From: Bacillales bacterium UBA1744
GTDB lineage: Bacteria; Bacillota_I; Bacilli_A; RFN20; CAG-826
Reading direction: 5' to 3'
Length of the DNA: 57,329 bases
NCBI GenBank assembly: GCA_002314915.1
Contig: DCHU01000081.1
Location: forward strand, 300 to 57,628
Part shown: positions 1-9,062 of the stretch, piece by piece
Layout: the number at the start of each line of letters is the position of its first letter
How positions within the stretch are numbered: the first letter of the stretch is position 1
Notes under the pieces: generated by a model
Databases searched by the model: none
What the model was told of the DNA's origin: nothing
What the model saw: only the letters and a program-made list of their open reading frames with translations
Position numbers and translations under genes: made by a program

Positions 1-2532
1 GCAGCATCTTCCAACCACAAGCATTCCTATGGTGAGTGGACAACAACCAAGGAGCCAACATGTACAGAGAAAGGCCAGAAGGAGAGAACCTGCGAATGCG
101 GAGAGAAGCAGACACAGGACATCGCAACAGTCGACCACACCTACGGCGAGTGGAAGGAGACAAAGGCTCCTACATGCGACGCCGACGGCGAGAAGGAGAG
201 AGCTTGCACAGTCTGCGGCGCTAAGGAAACCGAGGCTGTCAAGTCAACAGGACACGCTTGGGGCGAGGACACAGAGGTCGCAGCAAGCGACGGTAAGGTT
301 GCATACAAGACCGCATTCTGCACCACAGCAGACAAGGCAATGAAGGTTGAGTTCGCAGCGCTCGACGGCACATGGGCTCAGGGCTCACAGAACAAGTCAG
401 GCACACCAGACGGCTACCTCAAGATCTCCAAGAACGACATGTCGATCTCATACAAGTTCGACTTCAACAGAACCGGCAAGGGCAAGATCTACGCGTTCGG
501 ATGCATGGACTACTGGGATTCAGCAAACAGCACATACAACGTCGACAGATCGTTCTTCAACGACGGAACACCTAACTTCGCCATAACAGCAAACGGCGCT
601 GACGTCGAGATCACCAACAAGAAGACATACGGCGAGATGCTCACAGGCCCAGACGCAAGCTACTCAGAGGACGGCTTGATGGAGATCGGCGCAATCGAGC
701 TCGTCGCAGGAACGAACGAAGTCGTCATGACAAGAAAGGGAAGCTACAACCCATTGATCAAGAACTTCGTCATCGTCCTTGATGAATACAGCGATGAGGT
801 TTCTCTTGAACCTACACTTGAGGAATTAGTTGAAAAGGTCAACGCTAAGGTTGCAACCGCAGCTGAGAAAGAATCAAGCATCACAAACGGCACAGTTGCA
901 TACAAATCCTCATGGTCAAGCGATTTTGAAAACACATCATTCAAGATTGGTAAGGATGCTGCAGGAAAGCCTATGTTCACAACAACAACTGGCAGCAACT
1001 CAAAGTATTATTATTACGATGGTGATACGCCAGCAGGCTATTCAGTTAGTGATTACGGTTCAGGACCAAACTACAACGCTTTGAATGGAATCACAGAAGA
1101 TGTCTTCAAAGGACAGGAATTCGGAAGCTACATGGTTACTACTGACTATTCAACCAAGTACTATGGTGCTGCATCTGCAGTTGCTGCAATGGTTGGATAC
1201 GGAAGCACAAATCCAAACCAGGACACAGTTATTGCCTTAACAGATACAGGCTTCACAATGTCATACATGTTCAAACATGGAGATTGGAACTGGTACAAGG
1301 TTAACATGGCAGTTACATTCGCAACCGATGGCGTTATCACTGGATTTGAATTTGAATGGGCTAACATGTACTCAAGTCAGATTACAACAGACATTGAAAA
1401 CGGCACATTCTACGTTAACGAAGATGTCACACTTACCTACAACAAATCAATTTATGAAGGTAAGACCGATGACCTCGGCATTCTTGAGTTACCTGTCAAA
1501 CTCTCAGACTTCTACTACACATCTTATAGTCTCTACAACGGTGATACAAAGATCAACGAAGGCGACACAATGACAGTTGCTTTAGGCGACAACGCTATCA
1601 CAGTTGACGTTAAGGATATCAACCCAACATCCGCTTCAGATAGCTTTGACTCTTGGACTATCGAAGTCACCGATGCAGATGGAAATGCAGTTTCCGGCTA
1701 TAACTACTACAGCTCATACGGCGGCAAACTCTATCTCAACGCTATCAAGTCAGAAGGAACTTATAACGTTAAGGTTTCAACAAAGAATACAACAATGACC
1801 TTCAAAGTTGTTGCTACTGCACCATTGCCACAGTCAATCAACTTCTTGTGCGCATATCAGCAGTCAGAATACTACTTCGACACAACCGGACCAGCTAAGT
1901 CATCATTATTCATTGGCGATGTAACTGGTATCCACGCAACAGTTTCTCCAAGCGCAGCTGCTCAGGGAACAACACTCACTGTTACAGCTCCAGAAGGCGT
2001 TACTGCAGAGGATTACACATTCACACCAAAGACATACTCTCCATCATGGGGCGATCCAGTTGATTACTATGAGTTCTCTTCAACAAAAGCAGGAACATTT
2101 ACATTCACAGCTACTTCAACTGCAGATCCAACAGTAACAAGCACTCACACAATCACTGTTACAAAACCATTGACACCAGATCAGATCTTCTCTGGCAAGT
2201 ACTGCTACTACAACCAGCGTGGTGATATGTTGTATTTAGAAATGACATTCACACCAAACACTGGAACAGAAGCAGAAGGTGATGGAACTGTTGAAATCAA
2301 GAGCCATATGGCTGGAGAAAAGACCGGCGTCTACTCATACGTCGCTGATGGCGCAAAGGCTGTCAAGTTAACATACGTCTCTGGCGACGACTTCATCTTT
2401 GACGGTTCATTCCAGTCGGACGGTGATAGAGACTCAATGTCAATCACATACAAGCAGACCGCTGATGATTCTTGGGACAACACATATTCTCTCTGGACAT
2501 GGGAGAAGTACCAGTCATTAATCGGTGCTTAA
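1..2532 (+). CDS. Large modular surface protein, 5'-truncated by the window edge (Cys/His repeats, putative jelly-roll/CBM-like module, Ig-like C-terminal domains)
   Basis: Frame 1 is open from base 1 (AASSNHKHSYGEWTTTKEPTCTEKGQKERTCECG...DHTYGEWKETKAPTCDADGEKERACTVCG) and continues into the 340..2532 ORF; the remainder is Thr/Tyr/Gly-rich and beta-type. Confidence 0.8.
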   Translation, partial: AASSNHKHSYGEWTTTKEPTCTEKGQKERTCECGEKQTQDIATVDHTYGEWKETKAPTCDADGEKERACTVCGAKETEAVKSTGHAWGEDTEVAASDGKVAYKTAFCTTADKAMKVEFAALDGTWAQGSQNKSGTPDGYLKISKNDMSISYKFDFNRTGKGKIYAFGCMDYWDSANSTYNVDRSFFNDGTPNFAITANGADVEITNKKTYGEMLTGPDASYSEDGLMEIGAIELVAGTNEVVMTRKGSYNPLIKNFVIVLDEYSDEVSLEPTLEELVEKVNAKVATAAEKESSITNGTVAYKSSWSSDFENTSFKIGKDAAGKPMFTTTTGSNSKYYYYDGDTPAGYSVSDYGSGPNYNALNGITEDVFKGQEFGSYMVTTDYSTKYYGAASAVAAMVGYGSTNPNQDTVIALTDTGFTMSYMFKHGDWNWYKVNMAVTFATDGVITGFEFEWANMYSSQITTDIENGTFYVNEDVTLTYNKSIYEGKTDDLGILELPVKLSDFYYTSYSLYNGDTKINEGDTMTVALGDNAITVDVKDINPTSASDSFDSWTIEVTDADGNAVSGYNYYSSYGGKLYLNAIKSEGTYNVKVSTKNTTMTFKVVATAPLPQSINFLCAYQQSEYYFDTTGPAKSSLFIGDVTGIHATVSPSAAAQGTTLTVTAPEGVTAEDYTFTPKTYSPSWGDPVDYYEFSSTKAGTFTFTATSTADPTVTSTHTITVTKPLTPDQIFSGKYCYYNQRGDMLYLEMTFTPNTGTEAEGDGTVEIKSHMAGEKTGVYSYVADGAKAVKLTYVSGDDFIFDGSFQSDGDRDSMSITYKQTADDSWDNTYSLWTWEKYQSLIGA

Positions 2533-2544
2533 TTAACCAAATCT

Positions 2545-2583
2545 GAAATCCTGTAGAGACGAATCTTTACAGGATTTCTTTCT
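2545..2583 (+). terminator. Intrinsic terminator
   Basis: GAAATCCTGTAGAGA-cgaa-TCTTTACAGGATTTC stem followed by a T-run. Confidence 0.85.
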
Positions 2584-2627
2584 TATTTGGATAGTAAATA
2601 CTATCCTTAAATGTGGGAGGCGCTTTT

Positions 2628-5297
2628 ATGAATAAGACAAAACGTATCGCGCTAATATCTATTCTTGCTCTGATGGGTGTGGTTTCTTGCGGTCCAAAAA
2701 ACGATTCAAGCCAATCAACATCATCAGAAGTCGAGAAACCTGTTTATATCGAAAAACTTGAAGATGCAGTAAAACTCACGAAGTTCTATGACTTGTATGT
2801 TTACAATACGGACAGAACTTTGTGTTCATACTACGAATTATCGGGTGAGGATTACTATTCTTATCGACCATCAAACATTGGCTTTGCCGTTTTAAATGAG
2901 GATCCAGGATATCTTCATCAGTTCTACATCAAACAAAACAACACTTTTGACTTATCGATAGATATGAAAGGTAGAGTTGCTCTCTCCTCGTACATGGAGA
3001 ACACGAAGAACACAAGGTTCATGAACATCGTCGAGGAGTTTGCCCCGTTCTTTGAACAGGACTTCTACGATGACACATTATTCACCGCATACTCTTCGGA
3101 CATGAGAGGTTCGATAACAAGCGAGTTAAAAGAGTATTTCCAGTCAAATATGATCAAGTATTGCAATTACTTTGAGTTTAGGGTTGGAAAAACCGGTAGA
3201 ATTGAATCATTTCAGGCGTTTGAGAAGTCAACGACTGCAGGTGACGATTATTGCTCACTTGTAGCCGATGTCATGCTCACGAAGCCTAATATCAACGAGA
3301 CCCCTTTAATCAAAGACTGGAGAGAAAAAGGCTCAATCTTCAATGAACGAGTCTATGACTACAAGTCGCTTGATATGAGCAATGTCGTTCCAAAGCCTTT
3401 GTATCAGAATGGTGAAGTTGAGGCCACGGTTACCGCTATTGATTTCGACGGATCATTCTATGTTGCAAACAAAGACAACATAGTTGGCCCTGTCGGAATA
3501 AAGGTCGTGCCTAACAACAAAGCGTATAAGCCTTCCATAAATGACATCGTTAAGGTGTCTGGAGATATCGTCATAAACAACACCGGCAAATACGCTAAAG
3601 CAACTTATTTCAAAGATGCTGATGTATCACTTGTTGGCAAGAATAATTACGCTCCAACTTTTAACGAAGAGACAACCGTCGATTCATATGGCGGAGGAAT
3701 CTACTCAGCATACTACTTTGCAAACAGCCCAATATTTGGCGGAAGCTTATATAACGGATATGCATATGTATCCGCACTACCTGAAGAAATAAATGAAAAA
3801 GGGGACACGGTTGTTGAATTTGTTTGCCCTGATTTCACGGATAACAATAAAGAAGCAATCAAACTATATCTCCACTTACCAATCGAGTACGGAAAGGATA
3901 ATATTCAGTCCGCCCTTGATGATTTGGCGTTACTAGGAATATACAACCCTAAGTCCGAAACACTTCCTCAGATGGCATCTCTCAGCAATGTTATTGTTGA
4001 TGGAGGCGTGAGGAGAGGTGTGTACTCCGTTGATCTATATGCCGTTTCTACCAGTACAATCGGCCATAAAATGAACTTTATTGAACTCGCTGAGAAGGAG
4101 TATGGTGTCACATCACTTCCAACATGGGATTTAGGAGAGGAATCAACTGAAGGACAGTTCCATTTCGGAGAGGTTTCCGATTGGTATCTCGAAGACCAGT
4201 ATTCCAAGACTGAATTCCCATCTCACGTAAGTGGTATCTTCTATTATTGTTACAAGATGCCAAAAGCATCAGTGCAGAAGTACTTCGACGGATTGAATAC
4301 GCTTGGATACACTTTGGTTGACATCGTTACTAATGGATACTTAGGTGGTTCCGATCACTACATTTACAATGTAAAAGACGATGTTTATTTAGACATTCAG
4401 GTTCCGTATAAGGACGATGACGGAACGTTCACCATCATGTCTTTCATGTATAGAGACGAAAAAATCGTTAGAGGACCAACCATCAGAGAGAGGATAGATG
4501 CAAATTGTTCATCATTCTTCGATTCCAGCGAATTCATTATCTTGGATGGCACACATGACGCTGACTATCATTCGTACTCAATGAAGAGTTGGGCTGGAAA
4601 CGATTTCTCAGATAATCCTTTATTCGTCACCACGATGAACATACAAGAAGACAGGCTTGAAGAACTTATGAGAGCGTATATTGCCGCTGGCTACAAACAA
4701 TATAGACCAACAGGAACGAGACCATTCTCTTACATCACTAGAGGCGCCACCCGCACCGTCATGTATAAGGAGAATTCAAACGGCAAGAAAACGTTCTTAG
4801 ACTTCGGACGTTATCCAACAACAGATTACACATATGCTTATCACGATAAGTTCAACTATCGTATTGAAGTTGCAATCTATGAGGGCACAGAACCTATCTC
4901 GACTCAGTGGACAAACGATTTGACGGACTTCGTAGCAGGGGGATGCAAGGATCGTAAAGATGGTGGATTTGAATTAAAGATACCTGATTACGCAAAAGCG
5001 GAAGTGTATATGCGTGACGAGGATGTCGACTTATCGTTCGGATACTCGTTCAATGGAAACGCGTTCGTGTATCCTTCAGACGCGACCAAGCTCGATGAAC
5101 TCTTCAGTTATATTTGTGACGCAATAGACACGAATGGTATTCCTTATTCATATACAACAAAGAAGGGAACAAAAGTATTCTTCTACTCGGTACAACTTGA
5201 GGATAACTCTTATGATTCTGCGTGTTTCTCGGTTATGAAGAACGAGGAAAGAGGATTCGTGAGAATCATCGATTCAATCGCAGGCGTTGATTTCTAA
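2628..5297 (+). CDS. Large uncharacterised lipoprotein with an OB-fold-like segment
   Basis: GGGAGG SD before ATG 2628; signal MNKTKRIALISILALMGVVS-C (lipobox); segment VEATVTAIDFDGSFYV...GIKV...DIVKVSG resembles extracellular OB folds. Confidence 0.75.
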   Translation: MNKTKRIALISILALMGVVSCGPKNDSSQSTSSEVEKPVYIEKLEDAVKLTKFYDLYVYNTDRTLCSYYELSGEDYYSYRPSNIGFAVLNEDPGYLHQFYIKQNNTFDLSIDMKGRVALSSYMENTKNTRFMNIVEEFAPFFEQDFYDDTLFTAYSSDMRGSITSELKEYFQSNMIKYCNYFEFRVGKTGRIESFQAFEKSTTAGDDYCSLVADVMLTKPNINETPLIKDWREKGSIFNERVYDYKSLDMSNVVPKPLYQNGEVEATVTAIDFDGSFYVANKDNIVGPVGIKVVPNNKAYKPSINDIVKVSGDIVINNTGKYAKATYFKDADVSLVGKNNYAPTFNEETTVDSYGGGIYSAYYFANSPIFGGSLYNGYAYVSALPEEINEKGDTVVEFVCPDFTDNNKEAIKLYLHLPIEYGKDNIQSALDDLALLGIYNPKSETLPQMASLSNVIVDGGVRRGVYSVDLYAVSTSTIGHKMNFIELAEKEYGVTSLPTWDLGEESTEGQFHFGEVSDWYLEDQYSKTEFPSHVSGIFYYCYKMPKASVQKYFDGLNTLGYTLVDIVTNGYLGGSDHYIYNVKDDVYLDIQVPYKDDDGTFTIMSFMYRDEKIVRGPTIRERIDANCSSFFDSSEFIILDGTHDADYHSYSMKSWAGNDFSDNPLFVTTMNIQEDRLEELMRAYIAAGYKQYRPTGTRPFSYITRGATRTVMYKENSNGKKTFLDFGRYPTTDYTYAYHDKFNYRIEVAIYEGTEPISTQWTNDLTDFVAGGCKDRKDGGFELKIPDYAKAEVYMRDEDVDLSFGYSFNGNAFVYPSDATKLDELFSYICDAIDTNGIPYSYTTKKGTKVFFYSVQLEDNSYDSACFSVMKNEERGFVRIIDSIAGVDF

Positions 5298-5303
5298 ACA
5301 ATG

Positions 5304-5331
5304 AAGCGGTCATGAAAGTGGCCGCTTTTTT
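5304..5331 (+). terminator. Intrinsic terminator
   Basis: AAGCGGTCAT-gaaa-GTGGCCGCTT plus T-run. Confidence 0.85.
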
Positions 5332-5414
5332 ATGTGCTTCTTTGATATTTATGCCTTTAAAAAGGCATAAAATATGATATAGTTGAATGTAAACTTGTAC
5401 GAGGAGGATAAGAA

Positions 5415-6068
5415 ATGAAAAACATAATTGGGGATTTCAAGAAATTCGTAAACAAGGGAAACATATTTGATTTGGCAATCGGTCTTATCATCGGTACCAC
5501 ATTCACTGCAATTGTCACATCACTTGTGAATGACATCATCATGCCTTTGGTATCAACGGCACTAAACTTTGATTTGACAGGTGGAAAGTTGGTTTTAAGA
5601 CCAGCAGTCATCGAAACCGTTGATGGAGAGGAAGTTATCGTTACAAAGGCAATTACTCTTAACTGGGGAACATTCCTCCAGGCCGTAATCAACTTCCTTA
5701 TCATCGCAATCGCAATATTCTTAGCCGTAAAAGCGGTTAAGGCCATTAAGAACAGTTATATCCGTTCACAGATTAGGTATTTGAAGAAGATGAGAGTCAA
5801 ACACCCAACCTGGTTCGATGAAGATACTGATTTAGGAACAAAACTCTACGAGCAGATGAAGAAAGACCACCCTGAACAGTTTAAGAACGAAGAAGCTGAA
5901 GAAATCGAAGAGAAGAAGAAAGCGGCCCAGGAAGTTGTTAATCCACAAGAAGTTACGAATCAACTTCTTTTAAGACTTAATGAGAACCTTGAGAAGATGA
6001 ACGGTTCTCCTGAAGACAAACCATCTGTTGGCGATTTGAAACAAATGGCAAAGGCAGAGGCACTTTAA
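5415..6068 (+). CDS. mscL: Large-conductance mechanosensitive channel with C-terminal extension
   Basis: FKKFVNKGNIFDLAIGLIIGTTFTAIVTSLVNDIIMP and WGTFLQAVINFLIIA motifs; GAGGAGG SD. Confidence 0.92.
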   Translation: MKNIIGDFKKFVNKGNIFDLAIGLIIGTTFTAIVTSLVNDIIMPLVSTALNFDLTGGKLVLRPAVIETVDGEEVIVTKAITLNWGTFLQAVINFLIIAIAIFLAVKAVKAIKNSYIRSQIRYLKKMRVKHPTWFDEDTDLGTKLYEQMKKDHPEQFKNEEAEEIEEKKKAAQEVVNPQEVTNQLLLRLNENLEKMNGSPEDKPSVGDLKQMAKAEAL

Positions 6069-6117
6069 TTTGTAATTAAATAGTGCAGAACAAACCCGAA
6101 GTAATATAATGACCACT

Positions 6118-7470
6118 ATGAAAAAGACATTTAAAGTATTAGCAGTGTTATCAGCATTTTTCTTGGTTGCGTGCGGAGGAAACACAAACCCTGGCAATAA
6201 GGGTGACAAATCAGACAACGAAATCACGTTAGACAGCAAAGAGAAATGCGAGTACGTTGCTCAGCAGATAGCAATGAATCTATTCGAGTCAGCAGTCCTT
6301 GATACAGACTACATGTATGATGCGTCTGAGGACTTGTACTACATTCCAGTTCAGTGGGGTGGAGATAGCGCCGAAACCGCAATTGGTGAAGCGCCTGCAT
6401 ATTTGATTACTGGCGCTGAGTGCGACCAATCAGCTTCATACAACTCTGAGGATGATTATTACTTTGCATATTATTCCTACGATGAAGTACTAATCGATAT
6501 CTATTCCTATGACGATTCTAAATATGGCATCGTGGTCGAGTACGACATTTATCTCGACGAGGAAAACGGTGGTGGCTCAACAGACGATCCTACAACCGGG
6601 GGAGAAGATGATAATCCAAGCAGTGGAACAGCTACATACACCAGCGCTAGCGTAATCTCCATCACAAAGGCGATTGCTACTTCCGTTTTTGGCGAAGCTG
6701 TATTCGGCGAAACATATGATTACGATGACACATATGATTTGTATTACATTGCCGCAACACTCACTGATGTTGCATCAGCATCTGCCGCAATGACTGCCGC
6801 TATCTCATATATCCCATCAGATTGTACATGCGACACCAAGGCAACATACGATTCGGACGACGATTATTATTATGCGTATTACTCTAAGGACGACGTCTTC
6901 ATCGATGTATATGCAATGGATGACGAAGAAGGCTACTACATTGAGTTCGACATCTACTTAGACGAAGAAGATGACACAACGGGTGGCTCAACCACTGGCG
7001 GCTCAACCACCGGAGGTACTACAACTGGTGGAACAGGAACCGGCACAACAACATCCGATGGTTATACCATCGCAACCCTTTCCTTCTCCGGTATGTCTAC
7101 CGAAGAAAATGGAAGCATTGCATTTACCTCATCTAAGGTTGGTTCAATTTCATTCGCTGTTGCTCAGGGCAAGGGTTCAAATCCTCCTCTAGTTTACACT
7201 TATGGCGATGCTCTTAGACTCTATGCAAGCAATACATTAACTGTAACGGCCGACTCTGGAGTCACAATCGAAAAGATAGTCATCAACTGCACATCAATTG
7301 GTGAGAACAAAGTCCAAGACGCAACAAACTTCACTGTTACAGGCGGGACATATACAGCGACAAGCACAACTGGAACTGTGGTTTCTATCACCGGTTCAAC
7401 CGTTGTGTTCAAACAAAGCGCAACGAGCGGAAACGTCAGAGTTTCTTCAATCGACGTCTATTACAAATGA
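6118..7470 (+). CDS. Acidic Tyr/Asp-rich lipoprotein with two internal repeats, a Gly/Thr linker and a C-terminal beta-rich domain
   Basis: Lipobox LVA-C; two ~110 aa repeats each ending DIYLDEE; TTGGS linker. Confidence 0.8.
   Translation: MKKTFKVLAVLSAFFLVACGGNTNPGNKGDKSDNEITLDSKEKCEYVAQQIAMNLFESAVLDTDYMYDASEDLYYIPVQWGGDSAETAIGEAPAYLITGAECDQSASYNSEDDYYFAYYSYDEVLIDIYSYDDSKYGIVVEYDIYLDEENGGGSTDDPTTGGEDDNPSSGTATYTSASVISITKAIATSVFGEAVFGETYDYDDTYDLYYIAATLTDVASASAAMTAAISYIPSDCTCDTKATYDSDDDYYYAYYSKDDVFIDVYAMDDEEGYYIEFDIYLDEEDDTTGGSTTGGSTTGGTTTGGTGTGTTTSDGYTIATLSFSGMSTEENGSIAFTSSKVGSISFAVAQGKGSNPPLVYTYGDALRLYASNTLTVTADSGVTIEKIVINCTSIGENKVQDATNFTVTGGTYTATSTTGTVVSITGSTVVFKQSATSGNVRVSSIDVYYK
6973..7050 (+). 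repeat. Low-complexity 15-bp-period repeat encoding a (TTGGS)n linker
   Basis: acaacgggtggctca accactggcggctca accaccggaggtact acaactggtgga. Confidence 0.7.
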
Positions 7471-7485
7471 GGAAAATCAATTATT

Positions 7486-7509
7486 AAGGCACGAATTCGT
7501 GCCTTTTTT
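7486..7509 (+). terminator. Intrinsic terminator
   Basis: AAGGCACGAATTCGTGCCTT palindrome plus T-run. Confidence 0.8.
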
Positions 7510-7547
7510 ATTAACATTTACAACCGATTAAACTAATATGTGCGTAT

Positions 7548-9062
7548 ATGAGTGAAAAAGAATACGACATCATCGTCGTCGGCGCCGGAAACGGTGGTCT
7601 TGCTGCTGCACTTACCGCAGCTGATTTAGGTAAAAGCGTTTTAGTGATCGACAGGAATATCGTTCCTGGAGGATGTGCCACAAGTTTTAGGCGTGGACGT
7701 TTTGAGTTTGAACCATCTCTCCATGAATTTGCCGCGGTTGGAACGGACGAAAATCCGGGAGGTTGTCTGCGCTGGTTCAAAAAACTTGGCATTAACATCA
7801 ACTGGATAATCCCAAAAGACGCATTTAGAGCAATTACCATTAATGGTGATGATATTTACGATGTAACGATGCCGACCGGAATTCAGGAGTTTACGGATGC
7901 CATTGAGAAAGAGTGTCCTGGTTCTAGGAAATCATTAGAGAAACTTTGGAAGATTAATAAGAACATCCGTGAGGCTGGACAGTATTTTGGCTCGGGTAAA
8001 ATGAATCCTCTCGTAGTTGTTTTGAAATACAGAGACTTCATGAGAGCGTCGGCCCACACAATCAAAGAAGTGCTTGATGATATAGGTATGCCTAGAAAGG
8101 CACAGTCTATTGTCAGCTCCTATTGGCCATACCTCGGAAACAGTGTTGAAGAAATGGACTGCATGCTCTACATGTGCATGTTCGATAGCTACATCAATGA
8201 AATGCCTGCCATCCCAAGGTTTAGGTCCCATGAACTTTCTTGCGCAATGGAGAAAGCCTTGACGGATAGGGGTGGAGAAATATGGTACAACACCGAGGTA
8301 ACATCCCTTATTTATGAAGATGGAAAGGTTAACGGGGTTCGTGTTGGCGATAGAGACATTAGATGCAAACACGTTATTTGTAATGCATTCCCTGAAAACG
8401 TCTATGCGAAGATGCTTCCGCCTGAAGCTGTGCCTGAAAGAGCGTGGAAACTCGTGAACGCAAGAAAACACGGAATGAAGTTTTTCACTATCTACTTAGG
8501 ACTCAATAAGTCCGCGGAAGAGATTGGTTTTAAAGACTATACGATTGTTATCAATGAGGACTCAGACCCAATCAAACAGGCTGAGTACATGAGTGACATA
8601 AAGAAGAGTCCTGTCTTTATTAACTGCATGAACTGTGCAATACCTGATGCATCGCCTGAAGGAACTTCGATGTTATATATAACATCATTCTGGGATGCGG
8701 ATGTTGATATTGGTATGAATGTTGAAAACTATCAAGCCTGGAAATCCGAGATTGCAGATATGCTTATCAAGAGGTGCGAGGACGTTTTGCATGTCGACAT
8801 TAAAAACAATATCGAAGAGATTGAAATATGCACTCCGGCAACGTTTGCTAGATACATGGGAACACCAAACGGAACTCCTTATGGATATCAGATTAAATTG
8901 TGGGATTCACCTACGGTTAGATCTATGAGCTCAAGGGGTGAGAGATTCATTCCTGGATTATCGTTCGTCGGCGCTCACCAGGAAATTGGAGATGGATACT
9001 CCTCAACTTACGCACAAGGCAGAAACGCTGCCCAGAATTTGATTAAGGAGTGGGACAAATGA
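7548..9062 (+). CDS. Phytoene desaturase/CrtISO/retinol saturase-family FAD oxidoreductase
   Basis: N-terminal VVGAGNGGL...DRN.VPGG..TSFRRGRFEFE; C-terminal TPATFARY...GTPYG...GLSFVG motifs. Confidence 0.8.
   Translation: MSEKEYDIIVVGAGNGGLAAALTAADLGKSVLVIDRNIVPGGCATSFRRGRFEFEPSLHEFAAVGTDENPGGCLRWFKKLGININWIIPKDAFRAITINGDDIYDVTMPTGIQEFTDAIEKECPGSRKSLEKLWKINKNIREAGQYFGSGKMNPLVVVLKYRDFMRASAHTIKEVLDDIGMPRKAQSIVSSYWPYLGNSVEEMDCMLYMCMFDSYINEMPAIPRFRSHELSCAMEKALTDRGGEIWYNTEVTSLIYEDGKVNGVRVGDRDIRCKHVICNAFPENVYAKMLPPEAVPERAWKLVNARKHGMKFFTIYLGLNKSAEEIGFKDYTIVINEDSDPIKQAEYMSDIKKSPVFINCMNCAIPDASPEGTSMLYITSFWDADVDIGMNVENYQAWKSEIADMLIKRCEDVLHVDIKNNIEEIEICTPATFARYMGTPNGTPYGYQIKLWDSPTVRSMSSRGERFIPGLSFVGAHQEIGDGYSSTYAQGRNAAQNLIKEWDK

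Noticed and set aside
29-586. Several short alternative-frame ORFs at the window start
   Set aside because: They are shadows of the frame-1 CDS caused by biased codon usage; the same applies to most nested ORFs in the track.
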